From Eledone cirrhosa (taxonomy: Eukaryota): 64,000 bases of DNA. Made by a program: the position numbers and the translations under genes. Below the pieces are notes generated by a model, which was not told the DNA's origin, did no database searches, and saw only the letters and a list, made by a program, of their open reading frames with translations. Positions 1 to 9,976 of the stretch are shown here, in pieces. The stretch is taken from positions 106,268,001-106,332,000 of the forward strand of contig OZ024740.1 in NCBI GenBank assembly GCA_964016885.1. Reading direction: 5' to 3'. Each line of letters opens with the position of its first letter. Position 1 is the first letter of the stretch.

Positions 1-3000
1 ACCGATTTTCGGCGGCTACGATGTATACGCATCTCCCAGCCGTCCAGGGCCGGGGGTAGGGGTTGTCGTGCTTTTTCGTAAAGGCTTGGATCTCGCCATA
101 CGGGGGCCATATTCCTGAACCTAGAAGGTAAGTCGGTGGTGCTGGACGTGACCGGCAGCGAAGGCAATGCTTTCAGGCTAGTAGCCGTCTACGCCCCAAC
201 AGGGGCAGGACGACCAGATTTCTTCAGACGTCTAGAGACCTTTCTTGAAACGTCCCGCTCTTTAGTGTTAGTGGGCGACTGGAACGGTATCTTAGATGCA
301 CGCTGGGATTATGTGGGGCTAGTAGACAGGGCAGGTGGGTGTAAAAGCCTTAACAACCTGCTCAGACATTTTGAACTGTCTCACAGGTATAGACTGGATT
401 ATCCAAATGTGCCAATGTGGACATGGGCAAACCGCATCGGGTCATCCAGATCGTATTTAGATAGGGTATTCTGTAGGGAAACAGATAAGGCTAGTGTAGG
501 TTGTCCACAATTTAAAATAGTCGACTACACGGACCACAAATTTTTGATCTGTGAAGTTGACCTAGATAGACTCCATAGGCAAGGGCCTGGCTACTGGAAA
601 CTGAACGCGTCGTTCCCGGCGCGCAAAGCTTACAGAGACCGGATTAGCGAATTAGTTAAGCGTACGTTGACGGGTGTAATCGTCAACAACAGGTGAAAAT
701 GGCTATTAGAGTATAATCGATAAGATTTAGCAAAGGAGTAGTGATACAGGAAAATAGAGTAGAGGGAGAGTTAGTTAGAAAGCTAGAAGAGGCGTTTAGG
801 ACAGGCATCGCAACCGACGTGCTTGCGGCGAGATTGGCATTCGACCAATTCTTCAACGCAAAGCATGAAGGCTGCGTTGTCAGAGATAGAACACGTGCTC
901 TAAGACACGAGGGGACGAAAACCGTTCAATGGGCCCGGGTGGTGGAGGCGCGACGTGGCAACAAGTCCTCAATTCGGTCTTTGCCTGATCAAAACGGGCG
1001 TATGTTGCTCGAACCCGAGCAGATGTGTGTGGCTTTTCAACAGCACTTTGCTCAATTGTTCGGGAGCGGCGGCGGCCGGATCGGAGTATGGACTTCGGTG
1101 CATACTTCGACGGACTGCCGCGGCTCTCAACGACCGCATCGCAGTGCTGCGAAAAGCCGATAACAACAGGTGAAATACGGGGTCGATGTCTGACTGCATG
1201 AGGGGTAAATCGCCAGGTTTGGATGGTCTGCCCTACGAGCTTTATGCGTATATGCCAGATTTGTTCGGCGACATCTTTGCAGATGTCTATTGCAACTGGC
1301 AGCAGAACGGGAGCATTCCCAGTTTTGTGAGCCGGGGAGCGGTGGCGCTGCTGAGAAAAGAGCCGAACAAGGGGGACGTTATAGACATCTTCAGGCCCAT
1401 AACTCTGCTAAACGCAGAGTTTAAGATTTTGGCCAAGGTGTTAGCAAAGAGATTGGCGCTTGTCGTCGGTGATCTGGTGGAAGAGGCGCAGACATGCGCC
1501 ATCCCGGACAGATCCATCCACGACAACCACCATCGCATGCGATACATCATAGAGAGGTGGTTAAGGAACCTGGCATGGGTGGGGCCCTGATCAACTTGGA
1601 TCAATCTAAAGCATTTGATATGGTCGACCATCGGTACCTGGCTGCGGTCCTCGAGGCGGTCGGCTTCGCGCCCGTTTTTAGGGGCTGGATCGCTGCGATG
1701 CACAGCGACATCTGCTCGATTGTGAGGGTGAATTGTCACCTGTCGAAGCCTTTCAGCATCATGGGCTCGGTCCGCCAGGGTTGCCCCCTCTCGTCCCTCT
1801 TGTATGTACTGGCCCTCGAGCCGTTACTTCACAAATTGGAGACGATGAAGGGGGTCCCACGCGAACTGGGATGCGGAAGTTCCGTGTCAGCTTACGCCGA
1901 CGACGTCACCGTGGTGGTGTCGAGCACCAAACACGTCCAGATGCTGAGCACCGCTCTCAAGGAATACGAAGCGGTGACAGGAGCAAAGATAAACCAGGAA
2001 AAGTCGGTGAGCTTGCAGCTCGGCACCTGGAGAGGCAAGTCCATGCCCTCCAACAGCGTCGTGGGGCGCTGGACGGAAGGACCGGTTAAATTTCTCGGGG
2101 TCTGGTTCGGTCCGGACCTCCAGATGGAGAAAAACTGGAGCGAGGTGATGAGCAGGGTGGCCTCTCTCACCCAGAAATGGGCCGAGAGGAGGCTGTCTCT
2201 GAAAGGTCGGACGGAGGTGGCGAATGCGTACATAGCGTCCGTCATCTGCTACCGCCTGACCGTCGTACCTTGCTCCTGCCCAACTCTGACCAAAATGGAG
2301 CGCCTTCTCTTCAGTTTTTTGTAGAAGGGACGTGCTCCCATGGTCAGACGATCCATTTGCTGTCAACACCCGTTGCGTGGAGGACTAGGCATGCCGTGGC
2401 TGATGATGCGCAAACATGCGCTGAGGCTGCGACATCTCTGGTGCTTCCTTGACGGTGAAAAGGTGTGGTCGCCGTTTGCCAGACGTGCTTTTCCCCAGCT
2501 TGTCTCCTTGACGGGGCTGCAGTCCTGGATCAGGAAACGACCGAGGAATAGCGCTTGGAAGCTGGAATGTCTCCAAGCGCTCACCGCCCTCTACCAGCTG
2601 GGCACTATTATCGGTGGAACATTCACCTCGGCGTTCTATAGAGGGCTAGTGGAGGGAAAGAGCCACGACGTTCTCAGGGAGACCCTGGGCGTCGAAGACG
2701 ATTAGCAGTTCGCTCTCTTCAAGAGAACATTCATACCGGGGCCTATGGACAACTTCCAGAAATCCCTGGCCTGGCAGTGCTACCGGAGAGCGTTGACGGT
2801 TCGGGATAAGCTCTACAGGCACGGAGGTGCTGTCAGCCGAGCCTGTCCGAGATGCGCGCAGGGCGACGAAACCGTCCTGCACGCACTCGTTCAGTGCCCG
2901 AGGATTGCTGACTTGTGGAGCTATGTCGAACAGCTGCTGTCGGGTGTAGGACGGATCCGGTTATTGACTGAGTCCATTGTGCAGATAGCCCCGCCATCCT

Positions 3001-3263
3001 CCTTTAAAGAGGAGGAAGGGTAGGCAGTTTTCATCTGCCTGGTGGCCATTGCGAAAGGGATTGCGTGGTGGACAAGGTTGAAAGGGTTGAAGACGGACAC
3101 TTTCCTCCGCGGCCAAACTCTGATTAACTTTTTCAAGTTTCACTTGAAGAGAAAAATCAGGGTGGAGAGGCAAGTGCTGTCTTCTAGTAAGTTTGTTGAA
3201 AAGTGGGTGAAAGTGGCGAGTCTCGTCGGTGTGAACGGGCCCGCTCTTAGTATACACCTGTAG
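1..3263 (+). pseudogene. Disrupted ORF2 (APE-RT-CCHC) of the Tx1/L1 element
   Basis: Domains are split across ORFs 136-696, 741-1163, 1186-1590, 1494-2324, 2340-2705, 2745-3023 and 3042-3263 by stops and frameshifts. Confidence 0.9.
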
Positions 3264-3514
3264 ACTGAGGAGTGGGAAAGTGAGAAAGGGCGCTTGCCCA
3301 GGTGGTCAGGGTGACCGTTGTCTTTTGTGTGGTTTTCACCACGAGTGACCCTCGGAGGTTTCCCCCTTCTTGGGGAATTTTTGTTGTTTGAATTTTTTTG
3401 GATTTCTAGCCTGATTTTATTATAATCTGTTTACACGACCAAAACCCACTTTGTATAGCCCTGTACTGTTCTGTGCCGTCTGTAATGTTTTTCTTCGTGT
3501 CAGCCCTTGTGGCC

Positions 3515-3520
3515 AATAAA
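3515..3520 (+). promoter_or_regulatory. Polyadenylation signal at the LINE 3' end
   Basis: AATAAA within GCCCTTGTGGCCAATAAAGAAA, just before the simple-repeat tail. Confidence 0.6.
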
Positions 3521-3526
3521 GAAACC

Positions 3527-3546
3527 ATTATTATTATTATTATTAT

Positions 3547-3586
<40 letters not shown>
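3527..3586. repeat. (ATT)n(AGT)n microsatellite (LINE tail or insertion target)
   Basis: Read directly from the sequence. Confidence 0.95.
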
Positions 3587-3587
<1 letters not shown>

Positions 3588-3719
3588 TTTTAATTATTAT
3601 TCTGGTCTCATTTTTTCATAACACCATATAAAAAGCAATTATTATATCATATATCAATTGCTGCGCACTTAACCTCACAAACATAAATATTCGCACAAAT
3701 ATACACACAGATACGTATA

Positions 3720-3802
<83 letters not shown>

Positions 3803-3834
3803 AATGGCGTGCTGCGTGGTTGCAAATGGGTTAC

Positions 3835-4440
3835 ATATGAATAAAATTAGTCCTTCATCAGTGATCTTCCAACCTTCATTGGTATTTCTTCGCTTTAAAG
3901 ATCATATATCTCTAGTTGGTGCGAGCAATAACAAAAGAAAGTTAATGGGGCACGTAAAATAGGGTGAAGCGAGCGAGACATGTAAACAAACATAGATGGT
4001 AATGCAACGGAAAGAGAGGAAGAGAAGAGACAAGTCCGTGATATCTATGAACTTAAGTTCTGTGAAATCATAGACGAGAGATAAAGACCATCCGACCTGG
4101 GTGAGATGTGAGCGAGAAAAGGATATCACGCAGGTCAAACGGGAGGAAATGATAGAGGGGAGTAGCAGAGAGTGAGTGAGTGAAAGTGTGAGGAAGAGGC
4201 CAGCTGAGAGAGAGTGACTGGCTATACCTCTGGTTGGTGCGAGCAATAACTAAAAAAAGTTATTGGGACACGTAAAGTGAAGCGAGCGAGACATGTAAAC
4301 AAACAAAGATGGTATTGCAACGGAAAGAGAGGAAGAGAAGAAACAAGTTATTGCTCGCACCAACCAGAGGTATATGATCTTTAAAGCGAAGAAATATCAA
4401 CGAAGGTTGGAAGATCATTGTTGAAGGACTAATTTTATTC

Positions 4441-4444
<4 letters not shown>
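3835..4444. mobile_element. Non-coding element with 98-bp terminal inverted repeats and an internal direct repeat of about 130 bp (Penelope pLTR-like or MITE-like)
   Basis: 3835-3932 is the near reverse complement of 4347-4444; 3905-4035 is repeated at 4223-4348; TA tracts lie on both sides. Confidence 0.7.
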
Positions 4445-4751
<307 letters not shown>

Positions 4752-6433
4752 CATGTCTGTATGTGTAGTGTGTGAGCTATTTTGCACGCGTTTTCGTGGG
4801 TGTTGATCGATTAAATCTCCTGTTGTCTTCAGTTTCTGAACTTTATACACCCCGAACATGTCAATCACATTTCTAGCACAAGATATATTATTTATGGCAT
4901 AAGAGCATTGAACGTCGACACCAAAACATAAAACACTCTTAAACAAAACTCTGTCACCTATTGTATATTTTCTATTGCCGGTCTTCTCAGATTTTAACTT
5001 CGTAAGAAAGTGATTTTAACCATTCAAAACAAACAAACACTGTGAAATTCACTTAAGATTTATCATTTATTGTTTGGTCGAATTATTTGTAGCCTGGTCA
5101 CTGACACAATTCCACTGTAAAAGATGTTTGATAAAGCCGCACCAGGATAGATGGATGGGACGAACTGTTTTAAATGCTGAATAAAAATTTTAAATTGAAT
5201 TGGCATCCACATTTAAATACGAAAATATAAATCGACTAGAATTAGAATTGGAAAAAATATCAATTTTTATTGATTTATAATTTGAATTTGAAATTCAATT
5301 TCAAGGCAATCATGCAATGTTTATCAATAAAAATTTTCAAAGTTAAGAATAGAAAACAATGGAAAAATACTTTAAATTCTTCACTTTTACTATCAATTAT
5401 TGCTTATTCATAACACACAGCTGAAGCAACAAGGGACCTTGTAGCTTCAGCACCCCCACCCCCTCCCTATTCTATGATAGATTTGGCTGACTCCGCTTTT
5501 TATAGCAGAGGTGTTAGACAGAGGTGTTAGACTTCGGATACTTGCCCCCATCTCCGACCGCTGTCCCTTTTTTCCGTGCCTTCTATATTTCTTAGTGGCA
5601 TCTTTGCTTTAATTTCTCGTTTATCCAGTATTTCTTTCTTCTTTTTCTCTTTTTTTTGGGGGGTGGGGGCGGGGGTTTCTGTATTAATTTTTCGTTCTTT
5701 ACTTTTACTTCGTACGATCTTTCATGTAGCTTGTATAAGACTTTTTGTTTCGTGGCGGTACCCTTAGAGTTAGCATTAGTATTTGTTGGCGGGACCCTGA
5801 ATTATATTCTCGTATTAGTTTACTTTCTTGCACTGGGTGGTTGCTGGCCCTGTGATTGGGGTAGAAACCTTTATTATTTCGTGGTAGTCTCTGTAGTATT
5901 TTGGCCCCCCTTTTGTTGACCCGTCACCGTACGATACACGCACTTATACCTCGTATAAGGGTCCCTTTATTTCCGTCCCACCTAGTTTATGTTTATTATT
6001 ATTATTTATTTTTTATTCTTTATTATATTTTTTTTATTTATTTATCTATTCTTTTATTCACTTATTTGTTTATTTATTTATTTATGTATTTCTTTAGCCT
6101 AGCAATAGCGAGAGACTTAAGTCTTAGTAACCAGACTTTGCTTTTTTTTTTTTTTTTTTTCATTCTCAGTACTTTTTATAGTTTTACCCTACATTGTTCT
6201 ACTTATCGTTTCGACTTCCTCCCCCATCCTCCTCCCCAGTATCCTCTTTGACCTCACGCCCAGCTGTAGCCGACACTACCAACGCATGAATGGGTCTACT
6301 CCACCCCCTATCCCTTTTTCTCCTACCGGCAGGTTTAGCTACCCCTTCCCCCACCAATTTGCCATCACAGATTTACTACTAACTTGTGATGTGACCAATC
6401 CTGGTGATTATCTCTTTGACCATATATGGAATT

Positions 6434-6527
6434 ACCCCTTGAGAAGCTCGGCTATTTAAATACCAGAATAAATTTTCATTCAGTCCAGAATTAGCCGTCG
6501 AAACGGCTTGAGCTCAGCCGTCGGGGT
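6434..6527 (+). ncRNA. Degenerate type I hammerhead ribozyme
   Basis: Stem I ACCCC/GGGGT; core TTGAGAA (two transitions from CTGAGGA); stem II CGGCTA/TAGCCG; GAAA at 6500-6503; stem III ACGGCT/AGCCGT; GTC triplet ending at 6522. Confidence 0.65.
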
Positions 6528-6619
6528 CTTACTTGTTCCTATTACCCACTCTACTACCCTAAGTATTGAGTACTTTGGTGCGTTATGGTCCACCTGGTTC
6601 CTTACCACATTTCCTTCGT

Positions 6620-6650
<31 letters not shown>

Positions 6651-6764
6651 AAAATTAAGATAGATTAAAAGAATTCAATCGAAATTGTGGGTGTCATTCC
6701 TTAACGGAATGCGCCATATCGCCCGGAAAATAAGCTCTAGGACTTTGTAGGTACGAGCATTTAA

Positions 6765-7358
6765 TAATAATAACTAGGAATTGATCAACATATATATAAA
6801 TAAATTTAAACATGAAAAATCACAGGAGATAATTTTTACAAGCGTGTAACCACGCATGGCTAGTAGGTAACAAATAAATAAAGTTAACTAGAACTTCAAA
6901 AATATATACCTTTTAATGATTAATCTTCCTTGTATATATTTCATTAAAGAAATATATTTCACCAATTAATCATATTAATATTTCTAGTTGTCGAATGCCT
7001 ATTCACGCCACTGAAACGAAGCCGCTGTGATGTATAATATCAACACGTGGTAGCGGCCAGTTTAAGATTTAGACTCGAAGTGTAAACATGGATCGCTTGA
7101 TATTGTTCTTCCTTGTTGATAAGCCAATAATATCCACTTTCCGTGACTTACCATCTGATTAATTGGTGAAATATATTTCTTTAATGAAATATATACAGGG
7201 AAGATTAATCATTAAAAGGTATATATTTTTGAAGTTCTAGTTAACTTTATTTATTTGTTACCTACTAGCCATGCGTGGTTACACGCTTGTAAAAATTATC
7301 TCCTGTGATTTTTCATGTTTATATTTATTTATATATATGTTGATCAATTCCTAGTTAT

Positions 7359-7363
<5 letters not shown>
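6765..7363. repeat. Long inverted repeat with 208-bp arms (6765-6972 and 7156-7363) and a 183-bp spacer
   Basis: The arms are reverse complements with about 2 mismatches by eye; the island lies between TA tracts. Confidence 0.93.
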
Positions 7364-7400
<37 letters not shown>

Positions 7401-7403
<3 letters not shown>

Positions 7404-7570
7404 ACAGTATCGGTAGAGGGTCGGACGCCATGCTTTCCAGCATAGTTACGTCCCTTTACGATCTGAGTTCAAATCCCGCCGAGGTTGACTTTGCCTTTCA
7501 TCCTTACGGGGTCGAAAAATAAAGTACCAGTAATGCACTGGGTATTTGCTGGCCTTGTGCCTAAAGTAGA

Positions 7571-7574
<4 letters not shown>
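7401..7574 (+). mobile_element. tRNA-derived SINE (short subtype)
   Basis: A-box-like TGACAGTATCGG, B-box GTTCAAATCC, core GCCTTTCATCC..GGGGTCGA, 3' end GGCCTTGTGCCTAAAGTAGAAAC; many homologues in the window. Confidence 0.88.
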
Positions 7575-7615
<41 letters not shown>

Positions 7616-7819
7616 ATGTGTGTGTGTGTATCAAAGTAAACGAGACATAGTTTAACGTTATCTAAGGTCCGGGTACGAGTGATCTGTACCGACTTTCGCA
7701 ATAACCAACGATAGCAATTTTAAGACATAATCAATTGCATACTAAGCGATGGAACATATGTTAATACTTGGAATAAAACCCTATTATATTGCTTATCTGT
7801 GTTAATCATCATTTATTCG

Positions 7820-7928
<109 letters not shown>

Positions 7929-7929
7929 C

Positions 7930-8105
7930 AAGATGGATTCGGTAAGACACTGACTAGACCTTTCCTCACTAGAGTTCTCGATACTTGGGTTAGTAGAATA
8001 TGGTTATATGAAAGAGTCAGAACCCCGACGGCTGAGCTGTTGCCGTTTCAACAGCCAGTTCCACCTGTTGAAACGCCAACAGCTGAGCCGTCGGGGTTCT
8101 GACTC

Positions 8106-8114
<9 letters not shown>
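7930..8114 (-). mobile_element. Fragment of the hammerhead-bearing element family, ending in a fold-back with 50-bp arms (8005-8054 and 8065-8114)
   Basis: The reverse strand aligns with 6500-6620; the hairpin arms differ at 2 of 50 positions. Confidence 0.75.
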
Positions 8115-8200
<86 letters not shown>

Positions 8201-9219
8201 TGTGTGTGTGTGTGACAAGGGAAGTAAGGTTCTATACAAGACAGTGGTTATAGAGAAAAGGTGAAACTGGAAATAGCACGGAAAATATATTTTAGGTTCT
8301 GTTTTTCTTTGTTTTTTTCCTTTCTTTGATTCGTCAAAGTGACATTATTGAAAAAATGAGAGGGACAATTCTTTTAAAAAAGAGTTTTATAATGTATATA
8401 AGGTATATAAAGTATTTCCGTTTTCGATGTATTAGTAAAATTCATCTTATCAAATGTTGAGTATTACAATTGAAAATAATTAATAAGAATTAATATATAT
8501 ATATACATACACGTGTGTGTGTGTGTGTGTATGTATATATATATGTGTGTATGTGTATGTCTGTGTCTGTGTCTGAGTGTGTGTGCGCGTGTGTGTGCCT
8601 GTGTGTGTGTGTGTGTATTCATTAATGTTCTAATCAATTAATGTAAGGCTTATAATTATTTAGGAACTTGATGTAGTGTTGATGTTAATATTTTATCGAA
8701 GCGTAGCGAAATTTGTTTGTGTGGGAAAATGGTATCTTATTACATGTTGTTAAGTATTTAAAACCACAGAGTAAAATATATAATGTTGAACAATGAAACA
8801 TGGTTTAGTAGCTGATTAATCCAGTACTTCATTTTACAATTGTTTCAGAGGGTAGAAATGTATTGATGCGTTGACTAATCGATAGAGGTTTTGCGACTCC
8901 ATAATATTAGTCTCGGAAAACCACAGCCACTCTTCAGAAACAATGGCTTTGGAATTTTATTTTAATAGATATAAGCACTCAAGGCGAAGGGCATCATGGA
9001 AATCCTGGAAAAGAGGAAGAGGGAATAGCCAAAAAAAAATCAAATGTAAAAATAAAAATACAAAATAAAGTGTAAAAATTAAAAATTGCACATGGATAAG
9101 TGTATACAATTATATACTTACACTTACATTTACGGTGATAAATCGACATGTATATATATATTATGGCTGCAACTCAACTTTGAGCAATGCCAACGCTTGA
9201 CACTCAAGCATGAGCACCA

Positions 9220-9572
9220 GTGACGTGGCCTTTCAGACCCGCCAGAAACCTGCCCAAAAGGAGAACTGGTCAAAATCATCGGATGCTTCTGAAGCCGCAG
9301 GGTTTTTTGCCGAGTTTCCCTCTCCTAGAAAGGCGTTGTGACAACAACTGGGGGCCTTTTACTCCTAGATGAAAAAAGAAAATACTATTTAGATAGCCGT
9401 TGATTCTGCTGAGTTCCTCCGCCCTTCGCTGGGTCTTACTTTTCATCCGTAGGATGTCCAAATATCACCCTCCTCACCAAGCTAGCTTGGTGAGGTTGCC
9501 GGTTTAGTCGCCGACGATATGACAGGTTATACTGGGTTACATGTTACCTGTAGCACTTGAGAGGGACCTGAC
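9220..9572 (-). mobile_element. RTE-type LINE 5' UTR-like remnant
   Basis: 9292-9365 (AGCCGCAGG...GAGTT...TCTCCTAGAA...TGACAA...GGGG.CCTT.ACTCC) resembles 13842-13932, upstream of the RTE ORF. Confidence 0.5.
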
Positions 9573-9710
9573 ATACATGCTTGCATACATACATTTATGT
9601 ATACATACATGCATGCATTTATACATACATAAATACATGCATACATACATAATGGCATGCATGCATACATACATACACACGTACATACATACACACATAC
9701 ATACATACAT

Positions 9711-9801
9711 GATGGCTGCCCCCTCGTTATCGAGTATGGCCATTGCACGAGAAGAAAAAAAAAAATTAAAAAAAAATAAAAATAAAAATAAAATAAAATA
9801 A

Positions 9802-9834
<33 letters not shown>

Positions 9835-9936
9835 AAGAAAAAAAAATAAAGAAATATATATATATATATATATATACATACATACATATATACATACACA
9901 TACATACACATACACACACACACATACATTAATAAC

Positions 9937-9976
<40 letters not shown>

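Larger units (their letters stand above)
1..3524 (+). mobile_element. L1/Tx1-clade non-LTR retrotransposon, decayed; 5' part lies outside the window; 3' UTR about 3264-3524
   Basis: Consecutive ORF fragments give an APE endonuclease (VYAP, LVGDWN, SYLDRVF, TDH), a reverse transcriptase (KSPGLDGLP, RPITLLN, DQSKAFDMVDH, VRQGCPLS, AYADD) and a C-terminal CCHC motif (CPRC...HALVQC). Ends in AATAAA at 3515-3520, followed by (ATT)n(AGT)n. Confidence 0.93.

Noticed and set aside
4785-4838. Minus-strand CTGAAGA...GAAAACGCGT hammerhead
   Set aside because: Both boxes and an ACGCGT palindrome are present, but stems I and II do not pair and there is no valid NUH triplet.
7401-7574. SINE heads as genuine tRNA genes
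   Set aside because: A and B boxes are present but there is no cloverleaf, and each continues into a shared SINE body.
7650-7805. Minus-strand hammerhead-like fold (CAGATAA-GCAATA...TATTGC-GAAA)
   Set aside because: It needs two core substitutions and lacks a convincing stem I; too degenerate to call.
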